IMG/VR virus record: IMGVR_UViG_3300028797_000117
Length of the DNA stretch: 64,000 nt
From: an uncultured virus (IMG/VR IMGVR_UViG_3300028797_000117)
Lineage: Duplodnaviria > Heunggongvirae > Uroviricota > Caudoviricetes
Reading direction: 5' to 3' (one strand)
Shown here: piece after piece, positions 1-13,200 of the stretch
Layout: each line of letters opens with the position of its first letter
Position numbering within the stretch: the first letter of the stretch is position 1
Position numbers and translations under genes: made by a program
Notes under the pieces: model-generated
The model's input: only the letters and a program-made list of their open reading frames with translations
Databases searched by the model: none
What the model was told of the DNA's origin: nothing

Positions 1-2
1 TT

Positions 3-353
3 TTAAAAAAACATAGTGATATAGAAAAAGTATATGCGGAAGAAGTTAGACCTGAAAATGGACTTCAAAATATAAAAACTCACCGTGCATTAATGTGGCT
101 TCAAGGAGTTGCCGCACTTGAAATATATAATTTCAATAAAAAAATTGAACTAGAATTAATTTATCCTAGTTCATGGAGGGCATCTATAGGGATCAAGACC
201 GGCCGCGGAATTAAAAGAACATCACTAAAAGAAAAAGATATGCAATTTGTAAAAGAAAATTACAATTTAGATGTTAATGATGATATCGCAGATGCTATAT
301 GTATTGGATATGCAAATAGCCATGATGTCGAAACAGAAATAAATTGAGAATAA
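3..353 (+). CDS. RuvC-like Holliday junction resolvase (5'-partial)
   Basis: Frame is open from the window start. Motifs EEVRP, YPSSWR and DDIADAICIG. TGA at 345-347 is followed by GAA TAA, so it ends ...EINWE* in code 4. Confidence 0.7.
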
Positions 354-386
354 AAAAAGAACTCACAATTAAGTGAGTTCTTTTTA
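352..386. terminator. Bidirectional intrinsic terminator
   Basis: AAAAAGAACTCAC-aattaa-GTGAGTTCTTTTT hairpin between convergent genes. Confidence 0.8.
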
Positions 387-392
387 TTTATA

Positions 393-2465
393 TTAAAATT
401 GATTTAATGCTCTTGTTGCAGAAATACTTGAAGTTCCATTTATATCAAGAGGTAATGAAATACTTTTTATAATATAATCTCCATGTATATCACTATCTAC
501 ATCAAAAGCAGTAATTCTAATATTTGGTTCTAAATAATAAATTGGAATAATAGACATTTGAATAGATTCATTATAGCTTGATCCTTGATAAAGCATATTT
601 CTTATTTCATTATATGCACTATTACTTACTCCTCCTATTGCTAAGTTAGAGTATAATTCTGAATCAACTTGAGTGTATTTTTGATGTCTTGCTTCACATT
701 CTGCCCTTCTAGTATTAGTATCTGGTTGATCTGTTTCTACGAATACTAAATCAGGAACTTCTGGTTCAAAAACACAATTAATTTCACTCATTTCTTTAGA
801 TTCTGGGCGGCGACCAATTGTTCCTACACTGATTTTAGAGATTTCTAAATCTGAATCTATAAAATCTAACCAATAATCTAAATCTTCAGGATGTTTTAAA
901 ACTCCTGTATCTTCATCTATATTATAAAAAGTATTATTTCTTAAATCAAATATTTTAGGCCACTCTGCTTCTAATTCTGCAAAATAATAATTAGATTTTA
1001 AACCATATGGTTCAGTAACAATTCCTTGAAGATATAGTTCAGTTCTTCAATCATTTGTAGTAATTGACTCAAAATCAACTTCTTCAGTGATATTTTTATA
1101 TCCTCTCGGACCTTCTGTCTCGACCCCTTCTGTTGGCATATTATAATCTGGTCCTACTCATTTATATACTTCTTCAGTAGATAAATCTCTATAAAAAATT
1201 CCTTCCGCTCCTGTAGTAGGGAAGTTATCTGTACTTTCAAAATCTAAAGGTTTTTTAGCTTTTTGTAATCCATCTTCTTCATCTGTATAAATATATATAT
1301 CATAAGTATTTCCAATTTTAGGTTTTTTATCTATAGCAAGATGATATCTAATAGGAATACTCAATCCATTAGGATCTTTACGAGTTCCTCAAATTACATA
1401 ATCATTTTTAACTTTATTATATTGAGGAGAATTTGAATAACTAATAATCAAAGGGCTATTAGTAAAATCATATTCTGCTTTTCCTTTTGATAAATCAAAT
1501 ACATAATAACTTTGATTATTTAAAGTTTCTAATATATTATAAGTTTGAGTAGTATTTAAATAATTTTTTATTTCTCTAAAATGAAAATTACCAGATACAT
1601 CATAAAAATATTCAAAATTACCTAATGTATTTTTTATTTTATCTAAAATACTTACTACTGTATCTCCTGGTTTTGCGACTAGTTCTCCAGGATAAGTGAA
1701 ATCTGTATAAATAAACCCTACATCATCACCATAGGTATAAGTATCATAAGTTTTACCTGCTGTATCTTCATAGTTAGTAGATGCTGTTCTAGATTCACTA
1801 GCCCCAATAATATATAATGGGTCTGAGCCTATTCATTTCATACATTGTTTTACTCTTGTATCTACGTCATCTATAAGTATTCTACTCATATCTTCTTCTC
1901 CAAAATGATTTACTAATTCTAAAATAATTTGATAAATTGTAGGTCTAACAGTAACTCATTCTCCATTTTCATCAACAGTATCATATCTGTCAAATTCAAC
2001 AGAAGATGTGATAGTTCCTCCACAATCTCCATTTAATAAACACATTTTATCTTTAAAAGATAAACTTAAAGTGGAACCACTAGATGAATGGGAAATAGAA
2101 GCATTCCCAACTACAAATACTCCTTGAGGATACCATAAAATTGGAAAATCTTGATACTCAGTAGTAGGATTTTCATATCCTATTTCTAAAAACATTTTTT
2201 TATTTATAGAAAAAAGATTTCCGCTATCTGAAATTCTTGCATAAGACTCATCTTGTAAATAAACAGATAAGTTTCCTGTTCTTCTGATGGCGGAATCCCC
2301 TGTTAAATTAAGACTCCCGCTTGTAATTAATCCTTGAATTTCTTGGATTGGCTTTTCATCTCAATCTAACAGAGTAATCTTTGCATATTGTTTTTTAATT
2401 TTTAATGTATCTATTGTAGATAAAAAATTTAAATTTTTTAAATATGGGTATTCAGTCATTATCAT
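393..2465 (-). CDS. Tail/baseplate-hub-like structural protein, ~690 aa (code 4)
   Basis: ORF fragments 1956-2195, 1158-1364 and 393-791 share a frame and are joined by TGA in Trp-like contexts (TLLD*DEKP, TTND*RTELYLQG). Ends at TAA. Confidence 0.75.
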
Positions 2466-2467
2466 AA

Positions 2468-4237
2468 TTAAATACTTCCTCCTTCAGCAGGCATAACAGT
2501 ATCTATGCTAATCACATCATTATATTGATTTGATCCAGTAAAATCATCATCTGTATAAACTATTTTAATTCCATATTTATTAAAATTATCTACATTTGCG
2601 CTATCCATTTCATAAGCAGTAGCACTAAAACTCCAAATCATACGACCGTTATTTGTATTAGGAGAAAAACTAATCTCCATTAATCTAACTAATATATTAC
2701 CTTCTGTAGGAGATCTAAATAATATTACATCTCCTTTTTCTAAAAATTCTCTTACTCTTTCTCTAAATAGTCTTTCATAAGTATAATCTTTAGTAGAAGA
2801 AATTTCATAATTTTGATTAAAGGTATTGTAATCATCAATATTTGTACTTCCATATTCTATTGGTCTAGAAGTAAATAAATGTTCATCATCCATAAAATAT
2901 GAAATAAGTCCTGCAATAGGAAAAGTCCTATATTGAGTTGCTCCATTTCTTTTTATGAAAGGATATCTTGAACCAAGCGTTTCAGTTTTATTTTCTGAAT
3001 AAATAGTTTTCATTGAACTTACACTTGGATTAAATTTTATTTTTAATTGTTTATCATTTTGATTTAAAAACATATGATTTAAAGTTATTCCTACAGGAGA
3101 AGTAAGTACAGTTCTTGCACTTTGTTTTCCATTGTTAGTATTTAAAGCATTTACATAATATTTATATAAAATACCACTTTCAATACTTATATCATAAAAA
3201 TTTTTATTTCCAGAGCTATTAGAAATATTTGTTTGATATATTTTTTCAATAGTAGTATAATTATCTTGTGCAGATGCTCGGTATAATGCAATTGCATTTG
3301 CAGTATTTGGAAAATCATTATAAACTAAATTAATTTTTATAAACCCTTCTTCTTCATTCGCGGCTGCTGTAAAACTAGTAGGCGTAAAAGAAATTTGAGG
3401 GCTTTCTGTATTTAAATAAAAATAATATGTAAAATCTTCTACATATAGAGTATTCGTTGTACAAGTAACTTTAACATGATAAACATTAGAACTCCCTGTT
3501 AAAAAATTATATTTAAATTCATATTTAAATTGATTTATATTTTCATAATAATTTGAATAAATATCTCCGCTATCACGAAGTAAAGTATTATTACTATCAT
3601 ATAATTGAACTCTAATTGATTTTAAAAATTCAGTGCAAATAGCTCCATTTTCAGCCATTACAAAATCTACTTGTCCAATTAATTCAGAAAAACTACTTGG
3701 GACAATTTTTGTACTTCCTGAAGAAGTTGTTCCAGAAGGCCATACAATTCCTAATTCTAAATCTGTGATACCACGAATCAAACAAACCGTAGACCATTCT
3801 GAAGATTCATCTAAATTAGACTTTCCAGTTTGAGAGTTAATATCGTTTAACCATTGATCTATTGTTTGACTAGAACTTTTATTAGTTGCTGCAGCATCAG
3901 TTAATCTAAATTGTAATTTATAATATTGATAAGGATTAAAAGCTCCTTCTTCTAAATCATCATCTTCTAATGTGAAATAATATCCTTTACCATCATCATC
4001 ATTTTCTCAGCTTTTTAATACAATTTCACTAGAATCAGCTAGGGCATTTAAATTTGTATCTTGGTATCTTAAAGTAACTTGAATATAATCTTGTTTTATT
4101 GTTGCTGGATCCGCGGTAGGATCATTATAAGGAGAAAAATCAAAATAAACTTTAACTTCCCCATCATCGATATCAAAACCAGGCATAGCAGTATCAATAG
4201 TCCCAGGATACAAATTATTAGTTGTAAAAACTGCCAT
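2468..4237 (-). CDS. Tail-associated structural protein, 589 aa (code 4)
   Basis: 4007-4237 and 2468-3781 are in frame across the TGA at 4007-4009. AGGAGG RBS upstream. Confidence 0.75.
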
Positions 4238-4268
4238 ATCAATTCCTCCTTTTCTCTCTTCGCGGGAA

Positions 4269-4877
4269 TTAATTACCGCTATTATTTATTTGTGAAATAT
4301 TACTAATATCCATTGATTTAAAAATATTTGGTGGTATTACTATATTATGGTTTTTAGCCCATTTTACAAATTCATTTGTCATATATCAATCGCCTTGTAA
4401 ACCAACAAAATAAGCTTCTGCCAATTTAAAAATTGTATCTACATTATCTGGTTGTTGAGATAATACCATCAAAAGTTGAATTCTAACAGTATCCTTTCTT
4501 GTTTCATTTGTTACTGCTAAAATTTTATTAATATTCTCAGTCAAATCTTGAATTTGTTCATTCGTATTTTCTTTTATTTTTGTCATTTGATCCCTATCCT
4601 CATGTATTGCTTTTATAAAATCTTTACGAGCTTGTTGTTCATAAGCAATAATTTCATTATGTAAATAATTAGCTGTTTTATCAACATAAAAAGAAATTAT
4701 TAAAAGCATTACTCCTAATGCAGCAAAAACACTATAAGTCAATTCTGCGGAAGTATTAAATACTTTAGTTACAAAAGTAGCAGATACGCCTACTGAGGCG
4801 ATAACTGCGGCAATTCTTCCCCATGTTTTTGAGATATCTGTTCATACTGACTTAGGCCCTTTGTCTTTGTCTTCCAT
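4269..4877 (-). CDS. Membrane protein, putative holin-like, 202 aa (code 4)
   Basis: Starts MEDKDKGPKSV*TDISKTWG after a GGAGG RBS. Two hydrophobic segments then a coiled coil. Reads through the TGA at 4386 (LQGD*YM) to TAA at 4269. Confidence 0.55.
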
Positions 4878-4975
4878 ATTTCATACCTCCATTTGTTCTT
4901 TTTCTACTATAATATCAAATTTTACACAAAAAAATTATTTATATTGGTCCAAATAAAAAAAAGAGTAATTAAATA

Positions 4976-5410
4976 TTACTCTTTTGGTATCATTGTAAAA
5001 TAATAATAAACTTTATCATCAACAGCATCTTCATCTTTAATAAAATCTCTTGCAAATTTAGCATATCATTCTACATTATCTTTAAATAAATCATTATAGT
5101 CATTAAATGCGGAATTCATTACAATTCAAAAATCAATAGCTTTAAGATCTCCATATCCATAAGCATTTCTCACATCTTCAGTCTCATTTAATTCCCATTT
5201 CTTTCCATAAGGTTTCATTTTTTCGATTAAGCATCTTGCTTTGTCTTCATTTAATTCGCGGCCTTCAGATATTTCATATATTTTTCTTTCATATTCTTTA
5301 ATTTCTTTTTCTTTTAAATCATCCATCATTTCACAAATTAAATCTACAATTTCATTTTTCTTGTTTTCATCTGATGCTAAAATTTTGCTAATATATTCTT
5401 TAGTTTTCAT
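4976..5410 (-). CDS. Hypothetical helical protein, 144 aa (code 4)
   Basis: Track ORF 5126-5410 continues through two TGA (DF*IVMN, NVE*YAK) to TAA. Confidence 0.7.
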
Positions 5411-5757
5411 TAAATACTTCCTCCTTCTGCGGCTACCGCACCTCTAGGATTTACACAACTTGTAATAACAAATTGCCCATTAGTATAATTATCATTTTGA
5501 TTTCCATACATAATTGGATATCTAACCCTAGTATTTAATTGATTTGCATACATAGTATTTCCAGCTTTGCATAAAACAGGAATATCAGCTATAGTTGTTC
5601 TAATGAACACTGGCAAATTTGCGGCGGCAGCGGTTCCGTTGCATATAACGAGACCATAACTTCCCGCATTCGTAAGATTTTTAACATCTCTGTTTGGCAC
5701 TAAAATTATTTCTGTATCAGTTGTGACAACAGAAGAGCAATACATTGTATTATTCAT
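5410..5757 (-). CDS. Hypothetical protein
   Basis: AAAGGAG RBS; translationally coupled to the downstream gene. Confidence 0.7.
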   Translation of the reverse strand: MNNTMYCSSVVTTDTEIILVPNRDVKNLTNAGSYGLVICNGTAAAANLPVFIRTTIADIPVLCKAGNTMYANQLNTRVRYPIMYGNQNDNYTNGQFVITSCVNPRGAVAAEGGSI

Positions 5758-5840
5758 TTCAATCTCCTTTCTTAAAATTTAAAAAGAGGAGTCGGTTACC
5801 CGGCTCCCGCATGTCGACTTGCAAAAGCAAGGATTAATTA

Positions 5841-6410
5841 TTAGTATAAACTTCCGCATCCACATCCAGTATAGCAAGGTGGATTTAATACATATCTACC
5901 TTGAGAATTTAAAATGCTATCTGTTGAATTTTGGATTGCGGCAGTAAGTGTAGCAGTTTGATTAGCATTAGATAATGCATCTCTAGTAGTTTGAAGTTTA
6001 TCACTTAATTCTCTAATATAATTGTTTTGGATTAATTGTCTAGTAGCTGCGTTTTCAGTAGATACTAAGTTTCCGATTGCGGCAATACTATTAGAAATTT
6101 GTTGTTGAATATCTTTCATTGCTACTAAATTATTGTAATTAGTAGTTAAAACAGTATCATTTACTGATGCTTGACCAGCGGCTAATCCTCTTAAAGTAGC
6201 GTCTTGACTTTGGAAATATAAACTATTTTGTAAATCAGCCATTCCTAAAGCAGTTCCAGCTCCATTTCCCCAGAATCCGCCATTTCCGCCAAATAATAAG
6301 ATGAAGATAATAATTAATGAGAAGATTCCCATTGATCCTCCAAAGATATCATTATTTCCTCTTGTTAATGCTAAAACATCTGCTGCAGACATTCCAGTAC
6401 TATCGCTCAT
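5841..6410 (-). CDS. Gly/Asn-rich single-TM coiled-coil protein with Cys-rich tail
   Basis: Hydrophobic IFSLIIIFILLF flanked by Gly-rich segments; ends PPCYTGCGCG. Confidence 0.7.
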   Translation of the reverse strand: MSDSTGMSAADVLALTRGNNDIFGGSMGIFSLIIIFILLFGGNGGFWGNGAGTALGMADLQNSLYFQSQDATLRGLAAGQASVNDTVLTTNYNNLVAMKDIQQQISNSIAAIGNLVSTENAATRQLIQNNYIRELSDKLQTTRDALSNANQTATLTAAIQNSTDSILNSQGRYVLNPPCYTGCGCGSLY

Positions 6411-6469
6411 TTTCTTCTCCCCTTTCCTATAAAAATAATAATATTATATATAATAAAAAGTTAAATAAA

Positions 6470-6694
6470 TTAACTTTTATTACCATTAAAATAATTAACA
6501 ATTTGAACTAATTGGTCTTTTGTAATACCTTTTTCATTGCAAATTTTTGCTATCATTTCCGCCTGTTCATTACTTGGTTTCCCCTGAAATTGATTAAAAA
6601 TTTGTTTTTGCTGTGGGTTTAGTAACCCCAATAATGCTTGGGCTGGTTGATTTGACATCATTACTTGAGACATTAGATTTTGTAGATTGAACAT
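6470..6694 (-). CDS. Small Gln/Asn/Met-rich protein
   Basis: GGAGGAG RBS; overlaps the 3' end of the upstream gene. Confidence 0.6.
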   Translation of the reverse strand: MFNLQNLMSQVMMSNQPAQALLGLLNPQQKQIFNQFQGKPSNEQAEMIAKICNEKGITKDQLVQIVNYFNGNKS

Positions 6695-7043
6695 TTACCC
6701 TCTCCTCCAATTCTTTTAATTTATTTTCTAGTTCTTCTATTTTTAAATCTTTCTCATCTTTTGGAACTATAATATCATAACTTTTAGATATAGACCCATC
6801 AACTTCTTTTATAGATATTTTATTATTTTTTTCATCTATAAATAAAGTTTTTTTAGATATAATAATATTTGCAATATCTTCATTTTGATTTAAAAATTTT
6901 ACATCAATATCTGAACCACCAGCCGCATTTATAATATTTTGTACGGGTGGTTGTTGTGAATATTGAGCTATCATATTTTCAATATTATCTTTTTGTCTAT
7001 ATAGTTGATTTATCATATTAGCCCCATTGTAACCATATGGCAT
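6594..7043 (-). CDS. Hypothetical protein with C-terminal coiled coil
   Basis: AAAGGGG RBS; first gene of the 4976-7043 cassette. Confidence 0.65.
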   Translation of the reverse strand: MPYGYNGANMINQLYRQKDNIENMIAQYSQQPPVQNIINAAGGSDIDVKFLNQNEDIANIIISKKTLFIDEKNNKISIKEVDGSISKSYDIIVPKDEKDLKIEELENKLKELEERVNVQSTKSNVSSNDVKSTSPSIIGVTKPTAKTNF

Positions 7044-7069
7044 AAAAAATTCCCCTTTCCTTAAACAAG

Positions 7070-7115
7070 AAAAAAGCCAGGTAATAAGGAAATGAATTCA
7101 CCTTATTACCTGGCT
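7070..7115 (-). terminator. Perfect 15-bp hairpin with U-tract upstream of the 7043 gene
   Basis: AGCCAGGTAATAAGG (7075-7089) pairs with CCTTATTACCTGGCT (7101-7115); T-run follows on the minus strand. Confidence 0.7.
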
Positions 7116-7260
7116 AAAAATAGTCATGCTTAATAATATAATTCTTTTTAATTTTTCAATCCATTTCCTTTTTAAATTCATTATAGAAGAATATTTTTTT
7201 CTTCTACATATATATGTGATTTTTATCGCGAATAAATTATCAAAAGTGTCCCAAAAATTT

Positions 7261-7473
7261 TTATTTTTCTTCTTCTTTATTTTCTTCAATTGGTTTTTCT
7301 TCTTCTGTAATAATATTATTGATTTTATTTCTTTGCAAATCTAATAAATATTTTTGATAATTTTCATATAAATCTCTATAAACATCTTTAACTGTATAGA
7401 AAACTTGTTCAAAAGATAATTCTGCCATTTTACTATTAATTAAAGATATTAATATCTCTTTAAAATCTTCCAT
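7261..7473 (-). CDS. Small acidic protein downstream of the tail fibre
   Basis: ORF with AGAAGG RBS directly after the fibre gene. Confidence 0.6.
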   Translation of the reverse strand: MEDFKEILISLINSKMAELSFEQVFYTVKDVYRDLYENYQKYLLDLQRNKINNIITEEEKPIEENKEEEK

Positions 7474-7489
7474 TTTATAAACCTTCTTT

Positions 7490-10264
7490 CTATGCCGTTT
7501 TTACATATATATCTCCATTTTTCCCCGTGCTAGAAGAGGGATCTCCAGTTCCTGTATGAACTTGAGGACAATAACTAGATCAATTATTTGTATCTAAACA
7601 CATATAATTGCCTTCATTTTGATAAAATCTACCATCTATTATCATTGACATTTGTCCTGAAGTAGGACAATTTTTTCTAAAAGCTAAAGCTCCGCTTGAA
7701 TCATCATTTAAACCAGTAATAAAAGTTCCTGTTTGAGTTCCTCAAGTTTGAGATCCTGCCTTACTAGAAAAACCAGTTAAATAATCAGCTTTAGTCGCAT
7801 TCGTTGCATTAGTAGCATTTGTTGCACTAGTTGCCGATCCTGCAGAATTAGCATAATTAACAGTTCCTGCATCTGTTGCATTTATAATATCAGTATAAGT
7901 TCTAATAGCTGTAGATGTTGATGCCCAACATTGATATGAAGATTTAGGATCTGATGAACTTGTATCATTTACTTCTACCGAATCACAAAAAGAAAAGGCT
8001 GTATAATCAAAATATCCCCTTTTTCCTACGAATAAAGGAGTAATTATAGCAGATTGATAAGTCCCTGTCATTTTTAAAAATACATCTACAAAAGTCTCTC
8101 CTGAAGTTTTAGTAAGCCCTAAAACAATTTGATCAACAGCAAAACCTTTTCTTACTAATCATGTTGCAGAAGCAGACCCCTCAGCACTTTGTGAAACATT
8201 ATTAGTACGTAAATCACATTTTATTATTCCAAAAGATCCTCCATTATATCCGCACGTTATTAAAAAAACTATTGAATTATCTATCCAACTGTCTGTTCTC
8301 GTTGGAGTATAAGCAATTCTATGATAAGGATAATTATTTTGATTTCCATTTCTAGCATAAAATGTATTATTAATTGTATTTGTAACTCTTAAATTACCTT
8401 TTACATCTAAATCATAATCTTTATTTGCAAAACAGTTTACTCCAACATTACTAAGATTAGCATCTATGTAAAAAATAGGTTCTCCTCTGGCAATAGAAAC
8501 TGTATTAGATGTTGTTGATTGATCATATTTATCAATAGCAATTAAATAAAAACTATATGAAGAACTTGAACTAAAAGTTCCTGTAACAGATTGATTTGTT
8601 TTATTTAAATTTGCTTTATCTAAAGATTGATTTCCTCCTGTATAATATAATGTAAAACTTGCTCCATTTCCATTTATATTATCAATATTAGGACATCAGT
8701 TTCCTATTGAAGTAAATGTAACTGAAGTACCAAAACCACTAACTCTATCTACGCTTTGTAAAAAAATAGAAGGCTTTGAATAAGCTACTGTTGAATATGT
8801 AGTTGTACTACAAGAGCTTGAGAAACCTCTCGTATCTGTTGCGGTGATCGTTACTTTATAAGTAGAGGCGGAAGGCACTGTCCCTAAATTTATACTAACT
8901 GTCGAACTTGATAAAGTAAATGTGGTTGGAGTTCCTTCATTAACTTTTATTGTATATGCAGTAGTATTTAAGTTTGCGCTGTTTATTGCAGTAAAAGGAT
9001 TATAAGTTGGATTAATACTAGCTGTTACTACTGTTTTTCCTTGAATAAAATGGCTAGTATCCGCAGTTCCATTTGGACAAGCTGCCGCATCTGTTTTTGA
9101 TAAAGTAATAAAATTAGCTATTTTAGTTTGATCTACAGTAGGATTTCCTTCTGTTATAGTAATTGTTGCAGTTTTATTAGAAGTTTTAGTTGTGCTCCCT
9201 GCAGTATAAGAAGTTGCGTATTTAACAGTTCCTGTTTTAGTATTAGCGGCAATTCTACTTCCAGCCTCTGCATTAGAAACACTTATTGCTATACTTGTTC
9301 CTGTTGTACTAGAAGTTCTTACCGTGTTATCATTAACAGAGGTTGTAACAGTTACACTTCTTCCTAGGGGATTGTATAAATAAACAGTTTGGTTAGCTCC
9401 TGCATTTAAATTTCCTGGGCTAATAGAAGTTATATAAGGGCAATCATAAGTAGTCATTGATGCATTTTTTTCTTCTGATTCATTCCCTGAATAAATTGCT
9501 TTAAAATAAATTGTATAACCTGTATTAGGTGTTAATCCAGTAATCTGTCCTCCGCTACTAGTTGCATCTTGTCAATTTCCACTGCTTCCAACTTTATATT
9601 TAAATGTACATCCAGCAATATCTGCTGTCAAAGGCCCATAATTAATGGTTGTTTCTGTTCTTCCTGTAAGAGAATATCCTGTTAAAGTTGGTTGTAATAA
9701 AGTTAAATGTGCTGTAAGAGCTACATTAGCTTGATTAAAAGTTATTGTAGCTCCTGGAGCGTATTGTTTACCATTCGCATCATACCAATAATCAAAACGA
9801 TAAGCATTTGGTAAACCACTCAAACTACCAACTGTTACACTATTTCCAGTATATTGCCCAGCAGAAGCAGGAACAGTTCCTTGTGCAGAAGTATAAGTAA
9901 GTGTATTATATTTTAAAGTTTCTGTACTACCTGATAAAGCATTACCACCAATGCTTCCTTTTACTTGATAAGTAAAATTATTTCCTCATGTCCCTGCAGT
10001 ATCAGTATAACTTTTACTACCTTCTGCTCCTGGCCAAGCACTGTAACTATTATATCCAGAATCTCTCTTTTTTGATCCGTTTATATAAGATTGAATACTA
10101 GCATAAGGGTGCTCAGATCCAGCTGTTCTTTGTGATTTTAAAGTATAATTTACACTAATTGTCCCACTACTATTGGTAACTGAATTAATTGTCATAGTGT
10201 ATTTCATTGTAATCCCACTATAACTTTTACTTCCTGATGATACGGGAGCATTCGCTAATGCCAT
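7490..10264 (-). CDS. Tail fibre / receptor-binding protein, 924 aa (code 4)
   Basis: Fragments 9986-10264, 9572-9823, 8696-9457 and 7742-8071 are all in frame via TGA. Thr/Ser-rich beta repeats, RGEPIFYID...VGVNCF motif, ATN repeats; ends at TAG. Confidence 0.75.
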
Positions 10265-10280
10265 ATTAATTCCTCCTTTT

Positions 10281-13200
10281 TTATCCTTTTATAAATCCAA
10301 GACCTTGATGTAAAACATTATTATCTGTAAAATTGAAAGTCATTGTTTTTATAATATTTATATTATTATTAACAAAAGTTATATCTCCTGTTACTTTTTG
10401 ATTTACTAAATTAAATATTGTTCCACAAGAACAAGTATAAACAGTTCCGCTGATAGCTTCACCTTCATGACTACTATCTATTAAACTTGTTATATTTCCT
10501 TGTGTTGTATAATAATTTACATTATTTTGATATGTTCCTGAAGAAACCGCAGTTCATGTTAATTCATTACCATATCAAGATTTTCCATCTGAGCCTACAA
10601 CTTGAAGTCCTATGTCTTGTCCAATATATACATAACCAACTGGGTCTGCACTATTATTATAGATAGGACAAACAAAATGTTGAGTACTAATTTCAAAATT
10701 CTTATGAGATAAATCATTTTGAATAATTAATTTACCATCTGCTTTAGTAGTCCCTAATGTTAAAACCCCATCTGTAATTTTATCTGCTTGTAAATTAATA
10801 ACTTCAATTTTATTTAAGTTTAAATTTCCTTGAATTCCTCAAGCAGATGTTGTATCTCATCCCATTGTTCCTGTACTTCCAGTATCTCTTTGATAAATAA
10901 TGACTTCATCATTTTGATTAGTTTCATATTTTTCAGGGTTATTATAATTATCTATTCCTACATTTGCAATAGAATAATATATATTTAATTCTTTCTCTTT
11001 TATATAATAATCATCTGGGTTATTTGAAATATCTGGATTATTTGCTACTATAAAACGTAATCTAGTAGCAAAATTAATTCCATTTTGATTTATAACAATT
11101 CTTTTGCTAGAAGTATCTTCTGTTTCTTGGTCATAAACAAAGAAACCATTTGAATTATAGAAACATTTATTATAACCTCTCATAGCATTATAAACATCTA
11201 CAGCTTCTTGATACCTTGAATCTTCAATTGTTTGATAGTCTGTCAATAAATAAGGATTTGCATAAAATTTTGAATTATCTCCATATTGAGTAACATTTAC
11301 AACATAAATTGCATAACCATCTTCTCATTGAGGTTTAACAGATTCTCATTCACTTGCTTCTGTTTCTACTGTAGGCACTGCTGGAGTACTAGAAATTGTT
11401 TTTGTTCATAAAGACATTTCAGTTTTTAAAACTTTACTAGATCCATCTCCTCCACTACTTTCCCAAAAAGTATTAAAATCAGTAGCTCCTACTTTATTAA
11501 AATGGTCTTCATCTGTTGAACTATAATAAATAAAATTTGAATTATAACTTGATCCAGCCTCTACTGGTTCATAATGATATTGTACTTTTTGATAAATAGG
11601 ATAAGTTTTAATAATAGTTTTTCCAAAATTTGAATCTATATCTTTTCTAAATTGAGTATTTGTTTCGCTTTGTTGAGCTCCTGCTTTTTGTAATTCTCCA
11701 ATATTTGTTTCTGTTGTATCAACCCTACCTTCGATATTATTTAAGTTGCTAGCAACAGCATCAGTTCTTTCTAAAGCTCCATTTAATTCTTTATTTTCTA
11801 ATACTGTAGTCCATGTATGACTATTATCACTATATTTTATTTCAGTACAAGTAAAATATCTATATCTTTTATTAATTTCAACTGCACTTTCCCCTTCTTC
11901 TTTATAATAATATTTTATTTCTTCTGCTATCGTATCATATTCAGAATAATAAAATGTTTCAATTGCTTCATATCCAGTTAAACTAGGGTCTTCTTGATGT
12001 TCTACCCATATATAATATAAATCAGTTCCACTAGTATCTTGATATACAGTATCTTCTTCTCCTGTTTCAGGGAATTCACTTTGAGAAGCGTATTGTTCTA
12101 AATTATAAAATTGACAATCATAAAAATTAGGCATGAATTTAGTCCAAACATCAGTATCTGGATCTGGATAAGTACTTTCGTTATCATGATCTATACTAGG
12201 TGCGCTAGGACTCGCTAGATTAATTGTTAAATAATTTAAAGGAGTAATTGATACTACACTGACACCTTGATCGCCATCTTCTCCAGTGTAAGACACTGTA
12301 TAAGTTTTTGTGCTTCCCGCAGAAGTAGAAGTACCTTGCAATTTATAATTTGTAATAATTCTTGCTCATGTAAAATATCCTTCTACAGGATTAGGATTAG
12401 CTTGCCAGTTTGCAGTGTCCGCAGGAGGATTTTGTCCATCTTGAGAATTACAATAAGAATATGTTATCGTATCTACTACAATACTTTTTCCATCTGTTCC
12501 ATTTTGCCCTTTTGGTGCAAGTGTTAAAATAAGTCTTTTATTAACAGTTTCTTGTGAAGTTGGGTAGTAAAAAGCACATTGGAATGGGATTACTAAATTA
12601 GATAATGTAGTTCCTTTTGTTTCAAAAGTAATTGTAAGAATTCCATTACTAAAAGATTTACTACAAGTTATATCTGAAGAAGTAACTCCAGATGGATAAG
12701 TTATTGTTAAATTACTTGTGTTATAACTTGTAACTAAGGTTCCTTTATAAGATAAGGTTGCTGAAAAACTATATTGATTTCCATTTGTTGTTTTTTGAGC
12801 CGAATCACAAGGAACATTTATACTTGTTGTATCTAATTCTACTTGGAATTTTGTAATTGTATTATCTAAATCTGTAACAGTACTCATTGTATCTGTTAAA
12901 CCTGTAACAGAAGCCGGTGCGACTACTGCACTTCCATCCGCTAAACTTGCAGTTGTTGCATATTCAATTGCATGAACACTTCCATCACTGTCTACTCTGA
13001 ATTTACCAGAACCAAAAGTTATACTTGGTTCCGTTAAATCTATTTGTAATCCTTGTCCCGGAGTAACAATATTTCCGCCAGCATCAAGAACTGGAGCAAC
13101 ATAATTACCTGACTCAATTACAGAATGAGCTGTTGTTTCATCTGGTGAAATAACTATTTGTCCTGCTCCTGTTTTCCCAAATCTAGCAGAGCCATCTTCT

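Noticed and set aside
7490..10264. Diversity-generating retroelement targeting the tail fibre
   Set aside because: No reverse transcriptase and no template/variable repeat pair seen in the window.
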